Of a DNA stretch of 38,988 nucleotides, positions 27,715 through 35,316 are shown piece by piece. Below the pieces are notes generated by a model. It was given only the letters and a program-made list of their open reading frames with translations, made no database searches and had not been told where the DNA came from. The number at the start of each line of letters is the position of its first letter. Within the stretch, counting starts at the first letter, position 1. The DNA comes from a virus. Taxonomy: Duplodnaviria; Caudoviricetes. The stretch is from positions 1 to 38,988 of the IMG/VR virus record IMGVR_UViG_3300025896_000067, one strand, 5' to 3'. Both the position numbers and the translations under genes were made by a program.

Positions 27715-28140
27715 ATGGACAACAGCAAGCGCAGGTCACTCCAGCAGCACAAGCGGTACTTCGCGCTGATCAAGGCGGCCTTCGACCAGTGGCCGGAGCG
27801 CAGCCGGTCGAGGTTCCGGCCGGACAGCGAGGACCATCTTCGGAAGTGGCTCCAGTGCAAGGCTGGCCACCGGACGCTGGTTGAGGTCGACGTGCCGGCG
27901 ACGGACCCGCGCACGCTGGAGATTGTGAAGACGGCAGTGTCGGCGGCCATGGCGGCAACGCGAGACCACGCGTGGGTGACGCAGTACAACGGCAAGATGG
28001 CCGTTGTGGCGTCGAAGTCGATCAATTTCGAGACGCTGTCTCACCGCGACTTCGACGCTCTCTCTCGCGCCGTCGAGGACATCATCAGAGCAGAGACCGG
28101 GATCGAGCCTGAGGCCCTGCTGAGGGAGCGCGCGGCATGA
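27715..28140 (+). CDS. NinB/DUF1367-like recombination-associated protein
   Basis: RRSLQQHKRYFALIKAAFDQW...LRKWLQCKAGH...KSINFETLSHRDF; lies between erf and HNH. Confidence 0.7.
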   Translation: MDNSKRRSLQQHKRYFALIKAAFDQWPERSRSRFRPDSEDHLRKWLQCKAGHRTLVEVDVPATDPRTLEIVKTAVSAAMAATRDHAWVTQYNGKMAVVASKSINFETLSHRDFDALSRAVEDIIRAETGIEPEALLRERAA

Positions 28141-28472
28141 CCAAGCGCCAGGAGTTCCCCGCCAAGGTCAAGATCGCCGCATGGGAGCGTGCGGGCGGCA
28201 TCTGTGAGTGCGGCTGCAAGCTCAAGATCATCGGCGGCGTCGAATACGACCACTATCCGGTGCCGGCGTCGCTTGGCGGCCCTGGCACGTTGGAGAACTG
28301 CCGCGTGCTGGCGAAGAAGTGCCACCGCCGGATTACGGCTGAGAAGGACATCCCGGAGCTGTCGAAGTCCGACCGCATCTATGAGAAGCGGATCGGCGTG
28401 CGGAAGTCTCGCAGCCCAATGCGCGGCTGGCGCAAGTTCGACGGAAGCCCGGTGTGGAGGGACAAGCGATGA
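28137..28472 (+). CDS. HNH endonuclease
   Basis: CECGC...EYDHYPVPASLGGPGTLENCRVLAKKCHRRIT. Confidence 0.88.
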   Translation: MTKRQEFPAKVKIAAWERAGGICECGCKLKIIGGVEYDHYPVPASLGGPGTLENCRVLAKKCHRRITAEKDIPELSKSDRIYEKRIGVRKSRSPMRGWRKFDGSPVWRDKR

Positions 28473-28993
28473 GGCTTCTATCCTTCCCCCGCATTGCCCG
28501 GAAGCCAGACCCGGCCGCCGGCTACGCGCTGGAGTTCGCCGCGTTGTCGAAGTGCTGGGCCGAGATCGCCCAACTCGAAACCGGGGCACAGCTTCGCATC
28601 GTCGAGCACCTGAGAGATGTCATCAACGAGCGCGCGCAATATGAGATGCGGGAGATACCCCATGAGTGACTTCCCCCGCTATGCGCTGATCTTCGTGGCC
28701 GGGATGATGGCCGGATCGGCTCTGCGCATCCTAGAGACATGGATCAAGGTGTGCCCATGAAACCCGGACGAGATCAGAAGCGGGCGCTGCAATGGCTCAG
28801 CCAGGAGCCAATGTTTTGCTTTGAGGCTGGGAGACCATTCGAATGTCGGAACGGGTCGGCAGCCAATCCACTGATGCAAGGATTGGCCCACCGTGGATGG
28901 GCACAGATCGAAAGAGAGTACGCGGGCATTCGGCCGAAATGGAAGGCCGAGATCACCGACGCTGGCCGCAAGGCTCTGGAGGACGCGCCGTGA
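28469..28993 (+). other. Three small coupled ORFs
   Basis: 28469..28669, 28662..28760 (TM peptide MSDFPRYALIFVAG), 28757..28993; overlapping starts and stops. Confidence 0.55.
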
Positions 28994-29289
28994 CCCGCCC
29001 TGCCTACATGAGCCGCGAGACGCTGGCGACGGTAACGTTACTGACGATCCGAGAGGTCGCCGCCAGGCTGCGGTGCTCAACTCGCAAGGTGATGCGGCTC
29101 CCGCTTCCGTTCGTGAAGATCGGGGCGTCTCGCCGATACGATCCCGCCGACGTGGAAGCGTACCTTGAGAGGCAGAAGCAATGTCCCTCTTCAGACGGCC
29201 ACGGTCGCCGTACTGGTACTGTGAGATACAAGTCGCAGGCCGTCGGGTTGTCCGAAGCACTGGCACGGACAGCAAGCGCGAGGCGCTGA
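28990..29289 (+). CDS. xis: Excisionase-like HTH protein
   Basis: LLTIREVAARLRCSTRKV...LPFVKIGASRRYDPADVEAYLE (HTH_17 pattern); overlaps the integrase start. Confidence 0.85.
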   Translation: MTRPAYMSRETLATVTLLTIREVAARLRCSTRKVMRLPLPFVKIGASRRYDPADVEAYLERQKQCPSSDGHGRRTGTVRYKSQAVGLSEALARTASARR

Positions 29290-30085
29290 AGTTTGAGTCG
29301 GCGCTACGGCAAGACGCCCTACCGCTACAGCCCGCAGCACCAAGCGTGGCGCTCCGCCGTGCTTCGCGGCGATGAGAACGCGGCCAACAAGGCTCGCCAT
29401 GACCACGAGACTTTCATTCGGCGCGAGTTTAGCGATCGGCCGATCGGCGGCTGATCCCAGGATCAACAGGAGGCACCCATGTTCTGGCTCGGTTTGGCTC
29501 TCGGCTTCGTGCTCTGCGGCGCCTTCGTGGTCGGGGTGGTCATTGGCGAGATTGCCTCCGAGGCAGACCAGTTCAGCACGCCCGGAACCCCTCCGGCTCG
29601 CAATAGAGTGGAGCTTGTTGACCGGATGCCGCAGGTCAGAGACCTACGGCCTTCGGTGGACCGACGTTGACCTGGGGCGGCGCGAGGCGTCGATCAGGGG
29701 CAAGACCGGCCTGCGCACCCTAAAGCTCTCAGACGCGGCCCTGAGCCTCTTGGCGCGCATCCAGGCATCAGACCCCGGCTCTGCCGTTTTCGATCGCCGG
29801 AACCAGCGCAAGATGTTCGATGCTGCGGTTAAGGCGGCTGGCCTGTCGGACTTCACCTGGCACGATCTCAGACATACCCATGCAACTTGGCTGCGGCAGC
29901 GGGGAGCCGCGCTCGAGATCGTTCAACGGTCGCTAGGGCATTCGAGCATCACGACGACGCAGCGCTACGCCCATGTGGCGGATCGGGAGGTGCAGGACGC
30001 CTTAGCGTCACTCCCAACACTAAGCCCAACACCAGACGCCGGCAGTAACGTCATCCCATTGAAGCGTCGGAAGAAACCGGCCTAA
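29181..30085 (+). pseudogene. int: Tyrosine integrase, split: arm-binding N-terminus (29181..~29319) and catalytic C-terminus (~29582..30085); core-binding domain replaced by foreign DNA
   Basis: N-terminus MSLFRRPRSPYWYCEIQVAGRRVVRSTGT; C-terminus TGCRRSE, RGKTG, HDLRHTHA, LGHSS, TQRYAH. The two parts are in different frames, separated by ~264 bp encoding unrelated ORF fragments. Confidence 0.88.
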
Positions 30086-30090
30086 GCGGT

Positions 30091-30132
30091 TCCGATTAAA
30101 AGTCAGATGCTCTGCCACTGAGCTACCCGCCC
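30091..30132 (-). tRNA. 5' half of tRNA-Lys(UUU) (attP core; not a complete gene)
   Basis: Reverse complement GGGCGGG TA GCTC AGTGGCA GAGC A TCTGA CTTTTAA TCGGA gives the acceptor 5' strand, D arm and anticodon arm with TTT; no T arm or CCA follows. Confidence 0.85.
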
Positions 30133-30142
30133 GGAATGCCCG

Positions 30143-30171
30143 TGAATACTGGGTTTTTGACGCCTAGTCTA
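30143..30171 (-). promoter_or_regulatory. Stable-RNA-type promoter upstream of the tRNA half
   Basis: TAGACT, 17 bp, TATTCA, then GC-rich cgggca, ending 10 nt before the tRNA 5' end. Confidence 0.6.
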
Positions 30172-30268
30172 CGTCTCTGCAGTGTGACAGAACGTGACGG
30201 ACATGCCGTGAACAGGACAGGACTCCCCCAGCACTGAGTCCCATCACGGCTACCTCTCTGTCTTGAAC

Positions 30269-32479
30269 TCAGTGAGTTCCTTCGCCGAAAACGTGCTCGC
30301 GATATTTGCGAGCCGTCGTCGCCTCGTCTTTCATCGCGCACGAGAAACAAAGCCACTCTCCGTTTGGTCCGTAAGGGCGCAACTCAGCATGCTTCCCACA
30401 GGTGTCGCAGTCTCCATCTGGGCTAAACGTGCGGTCGAGCACTCCGACATTGCCGACCCTTTGAGCTCTGAGCCTAGCCGCTGCTGCGCGACGTTCTTTC
30501 CTGTTCATCGTTCGCTACCTCCTCGCCTTAGGCGCGCACGCCAACGATCGACCGCCACAGCAGCCACAGCGCGACGCGGGCCAGCTCCGACTTGGTGAAC
30601 ACGTGGATCGTCTTCACCTCAGGGTTCAGGTTGTGCACTTCCAACGCCAGCGCTCGCATTTCGAGCGAGCCGCTGAAGTCGGTCGGGTCCTGCGCTGGCG
30701 AAAGATGCAGCCGCAGCCCCGTCTCATGCCATGCCGTCGTGTCCGTGAAGTGCACCGTGGTCTCCATCACTGTTTTGCCGCTTCGCCCGCGCGGATGTCG
30801 GCAATGTCGTCATCGCTGAAACCAGTCACAGACTGCTGAGCGTCGAACTCGCGCACGGCTTTAATAGCAGCACGCGCGACAAAGAAGAGGTAGTCGCGCC
30901 GGTTCTGCTTCGCCATCTCAAGTGGCTCCCCAAGGGCGGCACTAATGGCTGTCGCGACGTGCTGCACTTCATTCATGGCTACGCTACCTCTCTGTTTTGT
31001 CCCGCGCGGGTACTAGAGCCTCGCCTTGCGGCCCGCCGTTGAGCCGGCGGAACTCACGCTCGGCCGCGCCGAAGTCATCACGCCACGATTTGGCAGCGTC
31101 GACCGACACGAACAGTGCCGACACCCAACCCGCGCCGTCAGCGGCCGACGCATAGCCGCCGCCGTGTTCGTAGTACGTCACGTCGCCGTCGATGATCTGC
31201 CTCGGCTGTGTCACGGCAGTCTCCTATTCTGTTTCCACATTTGGCATCGGTAGCCAACTGCACACCCGTCGCGCCCACAGATCAGCGTCGCACCATGGCG
31301 CGTGTCGACGCAGCCACAGCCACACAGCCGCCTCGCGTCGCCGCAGCGTCCACGCCATCCGATCAATGTATGGGTCGCGATTGCCCATCTCTATCCAGAT
31401 GCCGTAGGCGTAGCACCCGCGACCCGCCGCCCATCGCCGGGCGCGCTCACGATCGCTGCCGATGTGTCGGCGCCACACGTCATGCATAGACCGCTCCGAT
31501 TCCGTTTTGGATTGGCTCAAGTTGTGTACACGGCCGAACCATCAGGCAGGACAACCGGCGCGGTTCCGTGCCGCGCATCGTGCGCACACTCGATAGCGTT
31601 CGCGAACCAACCGACCATCCAGCCTTCGGGGTCGTCGCCAAGGTCGATGCCCTTCGACTTTGCCACCGCGCAGAATGCGCGCGACCAGTTCATGGCGTTG
31701 TCTCCACACATCTGCCCAAGCTCTGGGCCAACGCTTAGAAGATTAGCTTCGGGTGCAATGTCCTTCGTGTATGCCATCGTGGTCTGCCTCTCCGTTTCAA
31801 TGGTCAATTCGGAATGTCGGTTGGCACGTCGATCCGTCGACCGTCGTGCATGGTGATGCTTGTGATGATGCCGTCACCCTCATCGCGAGCGCTGTTGATG
31901 AACACCGCGGCGAACAGCGCGCTATCAGTCGTGAGGGCCAGCCACGCAAAGTAGAGGAACCTACGGCAGTTACCGAGGCGCTGCCGAACCTCATCGCGCG
32001 TCGTCCACGGCTGCGCCTTGCGGTTGATCTTCACTGCCTTCAAGGCACGCTCCTTCGTCGGGTTAATCGACCCGCGCGCCGCCCGCAGTGCGAGCGAGGT
32101 GCTTGTGCTCAGCTGCGTGACCGGCTGCGATGAGCCGATCAACCAGCGCCTCACGCTCGTTCGCGGCTTCTACCATCCACGAGCCCCACCCAGCGGCATC
32201 CTCAAACATGGCGTCAATCTCGGCGATGCGGCGCCGTACCGTCTGTTCGTCCATGACCGCTCCTTACTGTTTTGCCGCAGTTTCCGCCGCGCGTTTGAAG
32301 TGCGCGCCGCTGACTTCATACGCAGCTACCGCGCCGAGTTGGCCTAACGAGGCTTTCGGCGCGACCTGCACTGCCAGCTTCCACGCTTCCGCGAATGGGC
32401 GCAGTGCGGCCTCTAGCTCGGCAATGCGCGCCCGCATGATCGTTTCGCGTTCTTCTACCTTGCGCCACACATCCTGCAT
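30269..32479 (-). other. Array of about nine small accessory ORFs (63-98 aa)
   Basis: 32264..32479, 32063..32254, 31797..~32066, 31517..31807, 31224..31520, 30984..31214, 30767..30976, 30528..30770 and 30269..30508 (CxxC..CxxC, ELRPYGPNGEWLCFSC). Tightly packed with RBSs, downstream of the resolvase-like gene. Confidence 0.65.
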
Positions 32480-32492
32480 CTCAGTCGCTCCG

Positions 32493-33110
32493 TTACCGTT
32501 TCTTCCGTTTCAGCTTCGCGCGTCCGCTTGGCCCCAGCCGATGCGACCGGCCCAACGCCCACGCGCTAATACTCATCATGTCGCGGTCGCCGCGCTTCGC
32601 AGCCTCGGCGCGGATAAGCGTCTCGGCTTCCTTGTTTGTGGCGACCTTCATCGAGTACCAGATTGGCGCAGACCACGCGCGCTGTTCTGCGGTCAATGTC
32701 CACGGCGGACGGCCGGCGTCGCCACCGTCGCGAGCGCGTGCGATGGCGTCCAACGTGCCCGCCAGAAATTCGTCGCGCTCCGCACGTTTGGCCGTGTCGC
32801 AGCCGGTTTGCAGATCGTGCAACGTGCCGCCGGCTTCCTCAATCGCGGCGAGCGCGGCGAACACTTGCCGGCGCGCGGGCGCCTTCGATGACGGGTCAAT
32901 GAGCGCGCGGCCGTTGCAGATCAGGACCACGTCGCCGGGGCGCAGCATCTTCAACAGCGTGCGCCATGTCTCGCGCGGCCGGTCCCGATCGCGGCGCCCG
33001 TCAATGACGAGACGGTCAGCGCCGGCAGCGGTTAGCCGCCTTTGCTGCTCCGTAGTGGAGAGCTTGGGCAACTTCCGAATCCAGCCGATGGTGAGTGCGC
33101 TTGTGGACAT
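32493..33110 (-). CDS. Serine-resolvase-fold protein, apparently catalytically inactive
   Basis: IGWIRK...EQQRRLTAAGADRLVID...RP...LLKMLRPGDVVLI...GRPP matches the resolvase layout, but YxRVS and DRLxR are replaced (GWIRKLP, CNGRALID). Confidence 0.7.
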   Translation of the reverse strand: MSTSALTIGWIRKLPKLSTTEQQRRLTAAGADRLVIDGRRDRDRPRETWRTLLKMLRPGDVVLICNGRALIDPSSKAPARRQVFAALAAIEEAGGTLHDLQTGCDTAKRAERDEFLAGTLDAIARARDGGDAGRPPWTLTAEQRAWSAPIWYSMKVATNKEAETLIRAEAAKRGDRDMMSISAWALGRSHRLGPSGRAKLKRKKR

Positions 33111-33116
33111 TGCGGA

Positions 33117-33165
33117 AACCTACACGCAATTTCCGCTTGACGCAAGGCGCACGTGCATCTAGGGT
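33117..33165. promoter_or_regulatory. Overlapping divergent promoters
   Basis: Plus: TTGACG (33137-33142), 17 bp, TAGGGT (33160-33165). Minus: TTGCGT (33145-33140), 17 bp, TAGGTT (33122-33117), leaderless to ATG 33110. Inverted repeat gcggaaa/tttccgc at 33112-33136. Confidence 0.65.
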
Positions 33166-33215
33166 GCATTTATCAACGGCGGCTAGGCCCGCCAGACAAG
33201 ACGAGGACCGCCGCG

Positions 33216-33824
33216 ATGCCGAACGACGTGACGAATGAACTGGTATTTCGCGGCGTCGACAGCGCCGGGCAAGAAGCTATCGAAGCCAAGCTGTGTGTAG
33301 ACGGCAAGGTCGACTTCGAGGTGCTGGTGCCAACACCGCTGAACGTATGGCGCGGCAACGTAAGTTCGGCACACGAGCAAGCGTTCGGCCGCGAGCGCTG
33401 CGGTCTTGATTGGTCGAGAGTGGAGTGGGGAACGAAGTGGAACGCCTATAGCCACAAGCCGATTGATCGCACGGCCGACACGATCACTTTCGTGTTCAAC
33501 ACGGCATGGCGTCCGCCGTATCCGTGGCTCGTGGCGGTGTTCAACTCGCTCAAGTGCGACTTCGATCACAACTGGCTCGATGGGGGAGCCAGTCGGGGCG
33601 TCGAGGGACGGTGGCGCTATAGCGAGATGGAAAAGAACGTCGGCGATCCGTGGCGCGAGACTCCGTGCAGCGACGAGATGCAACGTCATCTGCATAAACT
33701 GAGGTGGGGCGTCGAGGAATTTCCTGATGCGCGCGAACTCGGCTTCCGACACAGCGACGCCGGAAAGGTACTTGACGTACAAAGCAGCGTTCTTGACGCT
33801 CTGCTGTACGACGACCCCGCGTAA
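33216..33824 (+). CDS. YubB/DUF1281-like ferredoxin-fold protein with an 81-bp in-frame insertion near the C-terminus
   Basis: MPNDVTNEL...DFEVLVPTP...DWSRVEWGTKWNAY...FNTAWRPP signature; the C-terminal ARELGFRHSDAGKVLDVQSSVLDALL comes from the duplicated segment. Confidence 0.8.
   Translation: MPNDVTNELVFRGVDSAGQEAIEAKLCVDGKVDFEVLVPTPLNVWRGNVSSAHEQAFGRERCGLDWSRVEWGTKWNAYSHKPIDRTADTITFVFNTAWRPPYPWLVAVFNSLKCDFDHNWLDGGASRGVEGRWRYSEMEKNVGDPWRETPCSDEMQRHLHKLRWGVEEFPDARELGFRHSDAGKVLDVQSSVLDALLYDDPA
33725..33807. repeat. 83-bp exact duplication, copy 2 (inserted copy)
   Basis: Identical to 4684..4766. Confidence 0.97.
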
Positions 33825-33844
33825 CCAAGACGAGGAAGGCCGCG

Positions 33845-33955
33845 CTATCGCTTCCAGACAAGCCTCGTAACGCTGGGATCGGCTGACTGCCTTCTCACGT
33901 CAGCGACCAGCAATGCCGCCGCGTAGACGCACAGGGCGAGCCCTGCCACCGTCAT
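33845..33955 (-). CDS. Small TM peptide at the end of the lysis cassette
   Basis: MTVAGLALCVYAAALLVADVRRQSADPSVTRLVWKR; ATGA overlap with the upstream ORF. Confidence 0.45.
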   Translation of the reverse strand: MTVAGLALCVYAAALLVADVRRQSADPSVTRLVWKR

Positions 33956-34194
33956 CGCCCGAGCAGCGAACTGGCGATGTCGGCCGAAATCCACCCGGCT
34001 TTGAGGGCGATGACCAGCAGCAGCGGGACGACGACCCTTTCCCAAGGAAGCCGTTGGGCGATCTCGATTGCTGACGGCTGGTCCTCGAGATGCGTGACCC
34101 TCTCCTCGAGCTGGTCTATCCGCCATCGCAACGTGCGCGGATCGTTCCCGTCTACGTGCGGCGGCAATGAGGGGGAAGGTCTGCGAGAGATCAT
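33952..34194 (-). CDS. Holin-like protein (coiled coil plus C-terminal TM)
   Basis: RIDQLEERVTHLE coiled coil followed by VVVPLLLVIALKAGWI; lies in the lysis cassette. Confidence 0.5.
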   Translation of the reverse strand: MISRRPSPSLPPHVDGNDPRTLRWRIDQLEERVTHLEDQPSAIEIAQRLPWERVVVPLLLVIALKAGWISADIASSLLGR

Positions 34195-34210
34195 CCGTGG
34201 CTGCCATGGC

Positions 34211-34474
34211 TCAGCTCTTCCAGGTAGACGCCACGCGTTGGGGTGCGAGATCGCAAGGGGCCTTATAGACCGTATCCTTGCCGCTCTTGATCGTCGCCCG
34301 ATAGGAGTTCTGCGCCGCGATCTGGCGCTGCTGCCAGCACGGCGACTTGGGCGAGTTCTCGACGACGGGGAGCTCGTCGAGGAGCTTAGTCGTTCCGGGT
34401 AGTGGGGTCGATGGGTCCGCGCACGCGGGGAGAAGCAGAAGCAGCAGCAGCACGCTTGCCCTTGTCGGTCGCAT
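34211..34474 (-). CDS. Outer-membrane spanin (Rz1-like lipoprotein)
   Basis: MRPTRASVLLLLLLLPAC lipobox; Pro-rich; starts out of frame inside the i-spanin gene. Confidence 0.8.
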   Translation of the reverse strand: MRPTRASVLLLLLLLPACADPSTPLPGTTKLLDELPVVENSPKSPCWQQRQIAAQNSYRATIKSGKDTVYKAPCDLAPQRVASTWKS

Positions 34475-34634
34475 TGGTGGTGGCCTTTTCGATCTTAGCC
34501 ACCGCGCGCTGCTCGCCGACGGCCTGGTGTTTCTTCGCGAACGCCCACGTCCACGCACCGAACGCCACCAGACCCGCAGCGATCGCCGCGAATATACCAT
34601 TACCCGTCAACAGGAGCTTCAGTAGATTGAGCAT
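34386..34634 (-). CDS. Inner-membrane spanin (Rz-like)
   Basis: N-terminal TM (IFAAIAAGLVAFGAWTWAF) plus helical Ala/Lys-rich periplasmic part; follows the endolysin. Confidence 0.75.
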   Translation of the reverse strand: MLNLLKLLLTGNGIFAAIAAGLVAFGAWTWAFAKKHQAVGEQRAVAKIEKATTNATDKGKRAAAASASPRVRGPIDPTTRND

Positions 34635-35316
34635 TTTGGGCCGCCTGATTGATGTTGTCGGAGATCTTGCGGAACACCACCAAGGCAAGACCGAACACAC
34701 TCAGACCAGCACCAACCGACCCGACGTTAACCCCAAACGTCGCCAGGAACGGCGCAACGCTGGTCCACTCGTTGACGTGCGCAGCCGCCTCGATCGCCAT
34801 TTGAATGGCGCCGTGGAGCCACTGGATCAGCAAGCCAACGAACGTAAGCAGCGCGCCGAAGATCGTCCGTGAACTCTTCAGCGTTTCCACCGTGACTTGC
34901 ACCTTGCTGACGGCCGGGGCCGCTCGAGACTGCGCTTCAGCGTCGGGGTAGAGGTCGGCCGGCAGTTGGAAGTGCGGCGTGTCCACGAAGCTCTTCCAGT
35001 CTCCGCCCCACTCGATCGGGATGCCGAGCTCGCCGGCCGCGCGTTTCATGGCGTCGGCAACGGCCTTCATCCTGCCGTCGTCGTATGAGACCTTTCCATC
35101 CTCAGTGACGGCGACCAGATCCACGGCGCAGCCAACCAGATGGCGAGACTTGAGCGTCTTGGACTTGCCCTGGGCGACAAGCTGCTTCTGCCGCGCGAAG
35201 GTGCGGACGCCGTCGGTGACGTGGAACTTCTGATAGCCATGGGCGGCTTCCACGACGCGGACAAGATCAGGATGCACGCCCGCCAGCTTTTCAAGCGAGC
35301 GAGCTGCGAGAGTCAT
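34600..35316 (-). CDS. Endolysin, peptidase M15 (L-Ala-D-Glu peptidase) with two C-terminal TM helices
   Basis: LAGVHPDLVRVV, TDGVRT..RQ, SRHLVGCAVD, WGGDWKSFVDTPHFQL; hydrophobic C-terminus. Confidence 0.92.
   Translation of the reverse strand: MTLAARSLEKLAGVHPDLVRVVEAAHGYQKFHVTDGVRTFARQKQLVAQGKSKTLKSRHLVGCAVDLVAVTEDGKVSYDDGRMKAVADAMKRAAGELGIPIEWGGDWKSFVDTPHFQLPADLYPDAEAQSRAAPAVSKVQVTVETLKSSRTIFGALLTFVGLLIQWLHGAIQMAIEAAAHVNEWTSVAPFLATFGVNVGSVGAGLSVFGLALVVFRKISDNINQAAQNAQSTEAPVDG

Larger units (their letters stand above)
30013..30247. other. attP region with candidate arm-type integrase binding repeats
   Basis: Tandem CCCAACAC at 30013-30020 and 30025-30032, and CCCAGCAC / CCCATCAC at 30227-30234 and 30240-30247, flanking the tRNA fragment. 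Confidence 0.65.
33197..33844 (+). repeat. 19-bp RBS-containing direct repeats flanking the YubB-like gene
   Basis: caagacgaggaccgccgcg (33197-33215, abutting ATG) and caagacgaggaaggccgcg (33826-33844, 1 nt after the stop); 17/19 identical. Confidence 0.8.

Noticed and set aside
30061-30132. Complete phage tRNA-Lys gene
   Set aside because: No T arm (TTCG) or 3' acceptor strand follows the anticodon arm; the sequence runs into the end of int.
32493-33110. Active DNA invertase switching tail-fibre tips
   Set aside because: Catalytic motifs are missing, it is not adjacent to the fibre gene, and no inverted crossover sites or alternative tip cassettes were seen.
33183-33782. Minus-strand 199-aa ORF starting with ejection-protein sequence (YVKYLSGVAVSEAEFARI) as a new fusion gene
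   Set aside because: TTG start inside the inserted copy with no RBS; the remainder is the antisense shadow of the YubB-like gene.
4684-33807. Diversity-generating retroelement (TR/VR pair) explaining the 83-bp duplication
   Set aside because: The copies are identical with no adenine-specific mismatches, they lie in opposite coding sense, and no reverse transcriptase is present.
33197-33844. CRISPR or mini-array
   Set aside because: Only two imperfect 19-bp repeats ~610 bp apart enclosing a whole gene; no regular repeat-spacer array or cas genes anywhere in the window.
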